Sequence record: MW248466.1
Reading direction: 5' to 3' (one strand)
DNA: 64,000 nucleotides
Part shown: in pieces, positions 38,724 to 47,490 of the stretch
Position numbering within the stretch: position 1 is the stretch's first letter
How the letters are laid out: every line of letters begins with the position of its first letter
Notes under the pieces: model-generated
Databases searched by the model: none
Told to the model about the DNA's origin: nothing
Seen by the model: only the letters and a program-made list of their open reading frames with translations
Made by a program: the position numbers and the translations under genes

Positions 38724-38760
38724 ACCCTAACCTCATTAAGTTGAAGGTTAGGGTTATTTT
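38724..38760 (+). terminator. terminator, variant of the CCCTAACC family
   Basis: ACCCTAACCT...AGGTTAGGGT followed by TATTTT. Confidence 0.75.
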
Positions 38761-38768
38761 ATACATAG

Positions 38769-38787
38769 TTTTAAATATATATTATAA
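38769..38787 (+). promoter_or_regulatory. early-type promoter motif
   Basis: TTTTAAATATATATTATAA, followed by hairpin 38791-38808. Confidence 0.7.
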
Positions 38788-38839
38788 AAATGAGATATAA
38801 TTGTCTCAAATACTTTTATAATATGGAGATGAAAAAGAT

Positions 38840-40786
38840 ATGATAGGTTCAAAGATTAGAAAATCATTAAATGAAAAATTTGGGTATCATTATAAGTTTT
38901 TATTAGAAGACTTTAAGAAAGATTATGATTTAAATAATGATACAATTATGGTAACTAAAGAAGCTAGTGATATTACAAAAGAATATAAAATAAAATCATT
39001 AAAGTATACTAAAGACATTGAAAAATTAGATAAAGACTTTAAGAAAGAGGAAGAAGAATTAAATATTAGAAAATCTAGAATTTTTAATTTAGATGAATTA
39101 GGTTTAGATGAAGACCTTAGAAATATCTGTAAGTATATAGATAGTACTACTAAATTAAAAGTAAAAGTTAGAGAGTATAAAAAAGAAAGTAAAGAAAATA
39201 TTGAGTTCTTTTACAAGAATTTTGCTAATTATACTTATAATAGTGTAATATATGATATGAGTAATTTTAAACCATCAACAATTAGATCTAATCAGAAAGT
39301 TATATGCAGAAAACATGGACCTTTCTTTACTACTCCAGTAGATTTCTTTATAAAGAAAAAAGGATGTCCAGTGTGTGAAAAAGAAACAGAGGAAGAAAAG
39401 AAAGACACTAGTTGGAAGGATGAATTCATAGAAAATAACAATAAAAAAATATATCAAGAAGTAAAGGAAGAAAAAGAAAATAAAAAATCTAAAAAAGAAA
39501 AGGTAGATGTGAAAAAAGAAAATAAAAAACTTTTAGATGAAATATTAAATCCACCTGAATTAGGATATTACAGAGAACCGGATAAGATACCTAATAATGA
39601 AAAAGAAAATGAGAAATTCTTAAAGAATATTAAAGCTATAGATAACGATAAAGTTGAAGAATCTAAAGAAGTTCAAAAACCAAAAGAAATTGTTAAACCT
39701 AAATTAAATAAAAAGTCAGTTGATCAAATAATAGGAGACGATAATACTAATTTAGGTAGAAAGATTAAATATATAAATAAAAATATCTACACGGAAAATG
39801 AAAGACAAGATTTCTATAAAAAATTAACTGATCGTAAACATGGTAAAAATAAATATAAGATTGACAAATTCAGACCTAAGACTATCAAAGAAAAACAAGA
39901 AGTAATTTGTCTTAAGCATGGTCCTTTTAAAGTAACAGCTGAAGAATTATTAATTAAAGGCAAACAGTGTCCTAAATGTTCTTCTACTAGCACTTCGATA
40001 ACAGAAACTTTTGTAAGGGAGTACATTCAAAGTTTAGATTTTGAAGTTAATAATTATGAGATAGAAGATTTAATCAGACCTTATGGTGTTGATATAGTTA
40101 TAGAAAATTTAAAATTAGCTATTGAAGTTCAAGGTATTAAATATCATTCATCTGAAACAAGATCAGAATCTTCAAATAAATACCATCAATTAAGAAAATT
40201 AAAAATGTTAGAAAATAAAGGTTATCATTTATTGAATATATATGATGATGAAATCCCTAATAAGAATAAAGGAATTGGCTGGGATAAATTTGGTAGATTT
40301 TTATCTGAATTAATGATGTTTGATAAAAGATTTGATATTGAAGAAATGGATACAAATTCAATAAAGATAGATACAATTAGTTATTACAAATTCAGAGAAT
40401 TCTTTGAAAATTCTAGACAAAATTTTGTTACTGGAGATACAGAGTATAAAGGTGTAGTTTATAAGAATAAATTAATCTCAGTGTTCTCATATAATAAAGA
40501 AACAAGAGAATGTCATAACTATCATACTATGACAAATAATAAATTTGATTTGGAATTAATTAAAAGAAAATACAAAGATTTAAAATTTGTAGTTAAAAAA
40601 GATTCTTATGTAGCGTATAAAATGAAAAGCTATGAAATGTTACCAATAGCAGAAACGGAACCTGACTTCTGTAACTTTTCAAAGACCAATGGAAATAGAA
40701 AAAATAACTATATAAGACAAAAAAGAAAGGATGAAAATGATAAAAACAAAGTATATAACTGTGGAAATATAATTTTTGTATTTTAA
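38840..40786 (+). CDS. free-standing homing-endonuclease-like protein (2 x C..HG.F....CP.C zinc ribbons + Vsr/DUF559-like nuclease)
   Basis: VICRKHGPF...KGCPVC, VICLKHGPF...QCPKC, VDIVIENLKLAIEVQGIKYHS. Confidence 0.75.
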   Translation: MIGSKIRKSLNEKFGYHYKFLLEDFKKDYDLNNDTIMVTKEASDITKEYKIKSLKYTKDIEKLDKDFKKEEEELNIRKSRIFNLDELGLDEDLRNICKYIDSTTKLKVKVREYKKESKENIEFFYKNFANYTYNSVIYDMSNFKPSTIRSNQKVICRKHGPFFTTPVDFFIKKKGCPVCEKETEEEKKDTSWKDEFIENNNKKIYQEVKEEKENKKSKKEKVDVKKENKKLLDEILNPPELGYYREPDKIPNNEKENEKFLKNIKAIDNDKVEESKEVQKPKEIVKPKLNKKSVDQIIGDDNTNLGRKIKYINKNIYTENERQDFYKKLTDRKHGKNKYKIDKFRPKTIKEKQEVICLKHGPFKVTAEELLIKGKQCPKCSSTSTSITETFVREYIQSLDFEVNNYEIEDLIRPYGVDIVIENLKLAIEVQGIKYHSSETRSESSNKYHQLRKLKMLENKGYHLLNIYDDEIPNKNKGIGWDKFGRFLSELMMFDKRFDIEEMDTNSIKIDTISYYKFREFFENSRQNFVTGDTEYKGVVYKNKLISVFSYNKETRECHNYHTMTNNKFDLELIKRKYKDLKFVVKKDSYVAYKMKSYEMLPIAETEPDFCNFSKTNGNRKNNYIRQKRKDENDKNKVYNCGNIIFVF

Positions 40787-40792
40787 ATAATA

Positions 40793-40822
40793 ACCCTAAC
40801 CTTATTAATTTAAGGTTAGGGT
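40793..40822. terminator. bidirectional terminator, repeated family
   Basis: ACCCTAACCTTATTAATTTAAGGTTAGGGT between convergent genes. Confidence 0.85.
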
Positions 40823-40840
40823 ATTTTATATTATTTTTTT

Positions 40841-41524
40841 TTATTGAACTATTTTATTTGGTTTAACTTCACTTTTCATTTTGATTTCAGTTTTAACTTT
40901 GTCAAGAACTTCCGATTCATATAAAGAAGGATCTTCTTCATATTTTTTAGTCATTTTCTTAACAGCGGCTAATTTATTTTCCAATGGTGCTTCTAATTCT
41001 ACTTGATTAAATAATCCTTCAAAATTACCGAAAACAAATTCTTCATTTAATGGAATAAACAGATCTCCATTATGTGCTAACTCATGGGCAGTATAAGATA
41101 AAGGTACAATTCCTATATTACCTTCAAAATGCATTTTAATAACGTCTTCAGCTATTTTAAAACTTTCATATGATTTTTTATATTCATAATTAGTTTTAAG
41201 TTTTTCTCTATAGCTAGATACTATATCATATAAAGACAATGGGTAGTGATGCATTTCCATAGTTAATCGCTTATCATCATTTATATCAACTTCTGGTATA
41301 AACTTACATTTAGTTAGATCCATTTCAGTTTTCAAAGCTTTAATAAATGATTTGTATTCATATGAGCTTCTAACTATTTTTTCAATATATTTATTAAATG
41401 TCTCTTCAGACTTTATATCATCTTCATTATTATACATTTCGAATTTCTTTGTTTCATCTACATTTAATTCTATTGTTTCGATTAATTTTGGAAGGTCTTT
41501 TTTATCTACTTTTGGCATTTGCAT
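40841..41524 (-). CDS. HNH-like motif protein
   Basis: MEMHHYP...GIVPLSYTAHELAHNG resembles the beta-beta-alpha-metal motif; late promoter at 41569-41580. Confidence 0.55.
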   Translation of the reverse strand: MQMPKVDKKDLPKLIETIELNVDETKKFEMYNNEDDIKSEETFNKYIEKIVRSSYEYKSFIKALKTEMDLTKCKFIPEVDINDDKRLTMEMHHYPLSLYDIVSSYREKLKTNYEYKKSYESFKIAEDVIKMHFEGNIGIVPLSYTAHELAHNGDLFIPLNEEFVFGNFEGLFNQVELEAPLENKLAAVKKMTKKYEEDPSLYESEVLDKVKTEIKMKSEVKPNKIVQ

Positions 41525-41617
41525 AGATTTAATACCTTCTTTCTAATTTTCTTTTATTTATATTAGTATAATTAAATGTTATGAATATTTTTTAGTCTTT
41601 ATGCGTTTCATGCAAGT

Positions 41618-41636
41618 TTTTAAATATATATTATAA
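41618..41636 (+). promoter_or_regulatory. early-type promoter motif
   Basis: TTTTAAATATATATTATAA, followed by hairpin 41640-41668. Confidence 0.7.
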
Positions 41637-41698
41637 AAGTGAAGTACTAATTAGCTAATAGTATTTCATAAAAATTACACTAGGAGAGTGAATAGGAT

Positions 41699-43771
41699 AT
41701 GAGTAGAATAATACTAAAGAAAAACAACTTATCAGAAGAAAATATCAGTTTAAAGGAGGTTAAACGTTGGTTTAAGAAAGAAATAGATGTTAATCAACCA
41801 TCTAAAATGATAAATGATAAAAATTACGTAAATAATGTAAATAATCTTTTTGATGGCGTTATTAATATTATGAAAGAAAATAAAATAACAGATACAATGT
41901 TTAGATTTATTTCCAATGATAGTAATGAAGATATTAGAAATATTTTTATTATTTATTCAATTGATAGTATTCCTTTTGTTACTAGAGTATATGGACCAAA
42001 AATGAATCTTAAAGATAAAAATAGTGATGTAAATGTAGATGCATTATTAAAATTTATTAAATCAAGTATCATTGACAATTTAATGATTTACAAATTTTAT
42101 AAAACTACAGATTTTAGTTTCCATAAAAAACTAAGTAGTTTCGGTAATTATGAAAGAAATACATTATATGATTTAATTGCTGAAATTAATAAAGAATCTA
42201 TTATTTCAGCATATAAAGAATTAAGTGTAGATAATTTAGGTAGTTATTTAATTTCATTAAACAATGAGGAACTACTAAATAAATCTTATGACGCAATCAA
42301 TTATTTTGATTTACTAATGGATGCTAATATAAATGTTAGAAGTAAAGAAGGTAAATTGATTGAAAAGATTGACAGAAATGATATATTCTCAAATAGAACA
42401 TATTCTGAAGTGTTTACATTTAGTCAACGTTCAGATTATTATTTCGCTAGTAATCCATTATTCAATATTCCAAGAGTAAGTGATGTAAGGGATGATACTA
42501 GAGTAGATTTATTTATATGTACAAATGGAAAAGAACAAAAAATAAGAGATACAAATATCTTAACTAGAGAAAATTTATATTTCAATCCATTTAGACAACG
42601 CTTCTTGTCAGTTAGCTATGACCATCCTATTAGAGAGACATTGATATATGATTTATTCTTAAGTTTCTTCGGTATAGAAAATATTGAAAATACTTTAAAG
42701 AGATTTACATTTGAACTTCTTCAAGGTGTTTATTCAGGAATATATTCTAAAGGGAACGTTAATGAATTTACTTCAAAATCATATTTATTAAATTCAGAAA
42801 ATAAACGTGGATATACTAAGAAGAAGAAAAATGAGTATCCATTAAAAATGAATATATTAGAAGCATCAAGCACTAGTACTCATATAGTAGGATATACTTT
42901 ATTCAATAACTTCTTATTTGAATATATACAGTCAAGTAATAAAACTATAAAACTTGATGATTTCAATGTTATAAAATTAATGAAATTCATTACTTTTGAA
43001 AATAATAACACTGATTTTAATGAAGATATTAAAAATGTCTTTACGTCAAGAAAATCTATATTTGATAGTAGTAAACGTATTAATACATCTTCACATAGAT
43101 ATACAAATCTAAAACTAAGTTTAGAATCTTCATTAAATGCAATATTTAATGAGGATAAAAATTATATTGATGCATTTACTAATCAATATCAAAATATAAT
43201 TGAAGGAAAATATGCATTTTCTAAACCTGAAAAAGAAAGTATTATTGAAATCAATAATGAAGATGAATTAAAAGAAATACAGGAAGAAATTAAATCAAAA
43301 GATTCTAATATAAAATATGTAGAAGAAACTAAAAATGATAAAAAAGAGGAGAAATTAAATATGTCATATCAAATTATTAAAGAAAATAAATTCACTAAGG
43401 ATGTATCATTTAAATATGCAGGTTCTACGCATAGAATTGATAAAATTCGTAAAGGTGATATTGAATTAGAAATTGCTAAACGTAAATTATTCATTAATAA
43501 ATTAATTAATGATAATACTAAATTTGCTTTCGTAGATAGCGTAGAGTTCTCGGATAGTCATACTATTAAAGTTACTAATATTGATGGTGAAGTTCAATTT
43601 GTTAGTGATTATATTGATGTTCTTGAAGGAACAGATACTTTAGAAGACATTAGAATTAAAGTTACTAATAAAGATTTAGATAGTGATGAAGATTTAGTTA
43701 AATTAATTACTGGTGAAGAAACTGATGTTAATTCTTTAGATGAAGAAATCTTAGATTCATTTATGGTTTAA
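41699..43771 (+). CDS. large hypothetical early protein
   Basis: 690 aa, AGGAG RBS, no recognisable motif. Confidence 0.85.
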   Translation: MSRIILKKNNLSEENISLKEVKRWFKKEIDVNQPSKMINDKNYVNNVNNLFDGVINIMKENKITDTMFRFISNDSNEDIRNIFIIYSIDSIPFVTRVYGPKMNLKDKNSDVNVDALLKFIKSSIIDNLMIYKFYKTTDFSFHKKLSSFGNYERNTLYDLIAEINKESIISAYKELSVDNLGSYLISLNNEELLNKSYDAINYFDLLMDANINVRSKEGKLIEKIDRNDIFSNRTYSEVFTFSQRSDYYFASNPLFNIPRVSDVRDDTRVDLFICTNGKEQKIRDTNILTRENLYFNPFRQRFLSVSYDHPIRETLIYDLFLSFFGIENIENTLKRFTFELLQGVYSGIYSKGNVNEFTSKSYLLNSENKRGYTKKKKNEYPLKMNILEASSTSTHIVGYTLFNNFLFEYIQSSNKTIKLDDFNVIKLMKFITFENNNTDFNEDIKNVFTSRKSIFDSSKRINTSSHRYTNLKLSLESSLNAIFNEDKNYIDAFTNQYQNIIEGKYAFSKPEKESIIEINNEDELKEIQEEIKSKDSNIKYVEETKNDKKEEKLNMSYQIIKENKFTKDVSFKYAGSTHRIDKIRKGDIELEIAKRKLFINKLINDNTKFAFVDSVEFSDSHTIKVTNIDGEVQFVSDYIDVLEGTDTLEDIRIKVTNKDLDSDEDLVKLITGEETDVNSLDEEILDSFMV

Positions 43772-43866
43772 TAAAATTAATAAATACTAGAAACTTCTTA
43801 ATTATCTATTAAAATGAAGAGAGTTTAAATACTCTCTTCTTTATTTTTTTTTTATAACTTTTAGGG

Positions 43867-44490
43867 ATGTGTATAAGATTGATAGACTTTAAAAAATTGC
43901 TTAAAGAGAATGCTAGGAACATAGAAATTTATTGTGATGGAGCAATAAAAGGTGTTAAATCTAAAGGAACTAAATATGGAGGTTTAGGTATTATCCCTGT
44001 TGAAGATAATATATTCGATTATCTTGCAATACCTTATATAGGAGAAGATTTAACTAATAATAAATTAGAAATATTATCAGTACTATTTTCAATAATGTTT
44101 GCTATAGATTCTTGTGATTATAAAGGTAAAATTAATATTAATATAAAATCAGACAGTCAATATGTAGTTAATAGTTATAATAAATATATTGATAATTGGA
44201 TTGAAAATGGATGGAAGACTAATTCTGGATCAGATGTTAAAAATATAGAATTATGGGAATTAATGAATAGAATTAAATCTTATGTAAATAGAAATAGATA
44301 TAAATATTATATTGATGTTCAATGGACTAAAGGACATAATAATGAAAAATATAATGACTTAGCTGACGAATATGCAGTAAAAGCTAAAATGGATGCTATA
44401 GAAAATAATGACAATGCTTTTTCTATAGAATATGCTATTGATAAAGCTGATAAATTTATAACTAAATTAGAAAAGAAAGAGGTATTGTAA
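43867..44490 (+). CDS. rnhA: ribonuclease HI
   Basis: IYCDGA, TNNKLEI, IKSDSQYV, WKT...VKNIELW, WTKGH...NDLADEYA. Confidence 0.92.
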   Translation: MCIRLIDFKKLLKENARNIEIYCDGAIKGVKSKGTKYGGLGIIPVEDNIFDYLAIPYIGEDLTNNKLEILSVLFSIMFAIDSCDYKGKININIKSDSQYVVNSYNKYIDNWIENGWKTNSGSDVKNIELWELMNRIKSYVNRNRYKYYIDVQWTKGHNNEKYNDLADEYAVKAKMDAIENNDNAFSIEYAIDKADKFITKLEKKEVL

Positions 44491-45045
44491 ATGGCAACTA
44501 AAATAGATTTTAACAATGAAGACGATTATAATAACGTATTAAATATAAATGATTGGAATAGACTATGTATGGATTTCTGTATTAGATCTTCTAGTATTAG
44601 TAAATGTGCTGCTAAACAAGTTAGTTCAATTGTAGCTGATAAAGATTCTATATTCTCTCTTGGAGTAAATGGTTCTTTTCCGGGTAAATTAAATTGTAAT
44701 GAAATATTTAAAAAAGAAGATGGAATTTGGTACGTAAAAGATCTTAATGAAGAAACTAATTTAATTGAATGGATTAAATGTGAGGATCAAGAACAACATC
44801 ATAAATGGTCTTTATTAAATGAAGTTCATGCTGAAATAAATGCTTTATCTAAAATGAATAAAAAAGGTATTTCTACTGAAGGATTAGATTTATATTGTAC
44901 TCACTCTCCATGTTATAATTGTGCTAAAAGTATAATTGCTGCCGGAATTAAAAATGTTTATTTTAATGAATTATATGATGGTTATGAAGATGTTATGGAA
45001 TTATTAGTTTCAAATAATGTTAACTTTATTAAAGTGGAGGTCTAA
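44491..45045 (+). CDS. dCMP deaminase
   Basis: GVNGSFPG, VHAEINAL, LYCTHSPCYNCAKSIIAAGIKNVYF. Confidence 0.92.
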   Translation: MATKIDFNNEDDYNNVLNINDWNRLCMDFCIRSSSISKCAAKQVSSIVADKDSIFSLGVNGSFPGKLNCNEIFKKEDGIWYVKDLNEETNLIEWIKCEDQEQHHKWSLLNEVHAEINALSKMNKKGISTEGLDLYCTHSPCYNCAKSIIAAGIKNVYFNELYDGYEDVMELLVSNNVNFIKVEV

Positions 45046-45049
45046 AATT

Positions 45050-45229
45050 ATGTCTTGGTTACCTCTATCAATATTTATATTTATAGGAATATTACTTATT
45101 TTATTAACAAATGAAACAAAAAGAATGGTAAGAACTGAAAAATTGAAAGAAGAAAAAGATTATTTAAAAAGACAAAGATTTAATAATTTAAGAACTAGTC
45201 AAAGAAAGCGAGGAAAAACTAGATGTTAG
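45050..45229 (+). CDS. small membrane protein (59 aa)
   Basis: GGAGG RBS before ATG 45050 (tracked 45017 start is likely too long); MSWLPLSIFIFIGILLILL TM helix and basic tail. Confidence 0.75.
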   Translation: MSWLPLSIFIFIGILLILLTNETKRMVRTEKLKEEKDYLKRQRFNNLRTSQRKRGKTRC

Positions 45230-45714
45230 ATAATGTAATTATACTTAGTGTTTTATCTATAGTATTCTTTTTAACTACTTTAACATTTGTATTTATATCA
45301 ATTCATTTTAGAAAAGAATTAATTAAAAATGTTAAAATGAATAAAAATTATAGAGATAAAATAGCTATTTTAGAAAAGCAATCAACTGGAAAAGATGTAT
45401 TAGATTCATTAAATTCTATGATCGATGATTTTTTAAAACCAACTTATGATTTAACTATAGAAGAAACATACATGGATTTAAAATTAGACAATCCTTTAGT
45501 TTCAAATAGAAATATAACTATATCTGAACAAAGGAAAAATGTTATACTTGAAGATGTATTTGAAAAATTCATGAATTATCTATCTGATGATTTTAAAAAT
45601 AAATTATCTTTAATATATAAAGAAGATGAAATAGAAAATATAGTACTAGATATAATGTACTATAAATTAACTGTATATATAAAAGAACGTAACGAGTTAC
45701 AAAAAAATTCTTAA
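45223..45714 (+). CDS. membrane-anchored hypothetical protein
   Basis: N-terminal TM helix VIILSVLSIVFFLTTLTFVFISI; adjacent TM gene, holin/spanin-like role not established. Confidence 0.75.
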   Translation: MLDNVIILSVLSIVFFLTTLTFVFISIHFRKELIKNVKMNKNYRDKIAILEKQSTGKDVLDSLNSMIDDFLKPTYDLTIEETYMDLKLDNPLVSNRNITISEQRKNVILEDVFEKFMNYLSDDFKNKLSLIYKEDEIENIVLDIMYYKLTVYIKERNELQKNS

Positions 45715-45720
45715 AAATAT

Positions 45721-45750
45721 CCCCTAACCTTATTAATTTAAGGTTAGGGG
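45721..45750. terminator. bidirectional terminator, repeated family
   Basis: CCCCTAACCTTATTAATTTAAGGTTAGGGG between convergent genes. Confidence 0.85.
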
Positions 45751-45768
45751 GGTTTATATTATTTTTTT

Positions 45769-46536
45769 TTATAATAAAACATTTATTAAATCCGTCAAAA
45801 ATCTCAATTGATTTTTATAAGACAAATCTTCAATTCTTACTTCTTCATTAATATCATCTTCAATATACATTTCCAATGTATCCATCTCAATGATATATTT
45901 ATCTTCAATTATATCTTTATAATAACCAGAAGTTAAATTATAATTAATCATATTATCTTTAAATAATAGAAGTTTCTTATACAGATCCATTTTATCTTTC
46001 TTTTTATCTTCCCAGAGACACTCTATTAAAAATTTAAACATATAATCAGTATGATGTTCTTTAACACCATTTTGATAACCTTTTACATCTATTTTATTTT
46101 GATATAAGTTTATATAGTGTTCTTTACCTAATATATTTATATAATTATCATACTCTTCACTTTCAGCAAATCTAACATGTTTTGATATCTTTAAATTATT
46201 ACATTTCTTACCAATAACAAATATAGCATCTTTTTTAATACTTAAAATATCACTATCTTTAAGATTATTATTCTCTATAAAGATCTTTCTAGCTATTTTA
46301 AAACCATCCATTAATGTCTTATTCATATCTTTATTATTCTTTAACATCTTGCCGATAATAACATTTCTTTCATATTTTTGAGTATTTCTTAATCTATTAT
46401 ATTGTTCTTCATTAAGATAACCTGAATCATATAATATATTCATACCAGCTGATTTAATATCATATTCAGTAATTACAGTATCTTTAATATATCTTACTTC
46501 TGATGTGTAATTAGTTCTCATGTATAAATTAGACAC
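45769..46536 (-). CDS. small divergent DNA-polymerase palm-like protein
   Basis: TEYDIKSAG (motif A-like) and ILSIKKDAIFV (motif C-like); GTG start with GAGGAGG RBS. Confidence 0.5.
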   Translation of the reverse strand: MSNLYMRTNYTSEVRYIKDTVITEYDIKSAGMNILYDSGYLNEEQYNRLRNTQKYERNVIIGKMLKNNKDMNKTLMDGFKIARKIFIENNNLKDSDILSIKKDAIFVIGKKCNNLKISKHVRFAESEEYDNYINILGKEHYINLYQNKIDVKGYQNGVKEHHTDYMFKFLIECLWEDKKKDKMDLYKKLLLFKDNMINYNLTSGYYKDIIEDKYIIEMDTLEMYIEDDINEEVRIEDLSYKNQLRFLTDLINVLL

Positions 46537-46550
46537 TGCAATTACCTCCT

Positions 46551-46607
46551 CTATAATATTTTAATAAACCAATTACTATTTAAAAATACATTAGCTAAGC
46601 AATTCAT
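46551..46607 (-). CDS. possible 18-aa micro-ORF
   Basis: GGAGGA RBS; ATG immediately follows the stop of 46608..46742; MNCLANVFLNSNWFIKIL. Confidence 0.3.
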   Translation of the reverse strand: MNCLANVFLNSNWFIKIL

Positions 46608-46742
46608 TTATAATCCTCCTATATAATCATCGCCAGCCTCTTTACTAATTTCATATTCTCTCTCAATATCTTCTTCTGATTTGCCTTGTAATCCTTCTGC
46701 AACTTCACCATATTCATCTAATAAAAAATCTAAAAATCCCAT
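46608..46742 (-). CDS. 44-aa acidic small protein, not in ORF track
   Basis: GAGGAGG RBS; MGFLDFLLDEYGEVAEGLQGKSEEDIEREYEISKEAGDDYIGGL. Confidence 0.7.
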   Translation of the reverse strand: MGFLDFLLDEYGEVAEGLQGKSEEDIEREYEISKEAGDDYIGGL

Positions 46743-46853
46743 TATAAAACCTCCTCAAAATAGTAATCTAATTATCTTCGTAAATTTTATGCCATTCTTT
46801 AATTTCTCTTTGTAATCTGTAACTTCTTGTCCTCCGCCTTCTTTTATAATATT

Positions 46854-47414
46854 TTAACTCTTAACAAAGTTATGTTTCATCAATGTCTTAATAAATTCTT
46901 TATTAGTTAACCAATCTCCAGTATTATTAATCACTTCAAGATCAGTTACTTCATCTAAATCTTTCTTTTCTTTTTCTAAATCTTCTTTATTTCTTCCTTC
47001 ACGTTTAACTTGATTCTTTTCGTTAATTACTTGAATAGTAATAATATCAGAATCTTCTCCATATTTCTCTTTAATATCTCTTACAGAAGCATCTCTACCT
47101 TCTCTATTTACAATAATAATATTTACATTATAAATACCATTTTGCGGATATTCTAAACTCTGATCAATTGTACCGTAATAATTTTCATAGAAATTAGTCT
47201 TAGCTATTAAATTACCTTTCATATCATCATATTCTTCTTTATTTAAGAATACATAATCTACTCCATTTGTTTCATCTTCTCTTTGTTGTCTAGTAGTTAC
47301 TTGATCTAATTTTTTAAAGAATAAATGCGGATATTCCTTTTGATCTGATAAATTATTTGCTAATACAGTTTTTCCTGTACCTGACACGCCACATAATAAG
47401 ATAAATTTTTTCAT
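46854..47414 (-). CDS. guanylate kinase-like nucleoside monophosphate kinase
   Basis: P-loop GVSGTGKT, VTTRQQREDETNGVDYVFL, ENYYGT. Confidence 0.85.
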   Translation of the reverse strand: MKKFILLCGVSGTGKTVLANNLSDQKEYPHLFFKKLDQVTTRQQREDETNGVDYVFLNKEEYDDMKGNLIAKTNFYENYYGTIDQSLEYPQNGIYNVNIIIVNREGRDASVRDIKEKYGEDSDIITIQVINEKNQVKREGRNKEDLEKEKKDLDEVTDLEVINNTGDWLTNKEFIKTLMKHNFVKS

Positions 47415-47490
47415 AACTAGAAACGACCTCCAAATTTTATTATCTAATATTATTTGGTTTTCTATATTTTTTAGAAAAATTCGTTATAAA

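Larger units (their letters stand above)
38184..38760 (+). ncRNA. candidate large structured non-coding RNA of unknown family
   Basis: ORF-free and GC-enriched; at least 9 consecutive hairpins, a loop-loop complement AUAUGCC/GGCAUAU, an embedded tRNA-like cloverleaf and a 3' terminator. Confidence 0.7.

Noticed and set aside
38665-38760. T-box riboswitch (AACTAGGTGGATCA followed by a terminator)
   Set aside because: The bulge is UGGAUCA rather than UGGNACC, a proper A1/A2 antiterminator cannot be drawn, no Stem I motifs are visible, and the downstream gene has its own promoter.
38184-38760. tmRNA, RNase P RNA, group II intron or hammerhead identity for the structured region
   Set aside because: No GGGG..CCACCA ends or tag ORF; minus-strand AGGATAAGTCC only loosely resembles the RNase P P4 5' strand and has no matching 3' strand; no domain V; no CUGAUGA/GAAA core.
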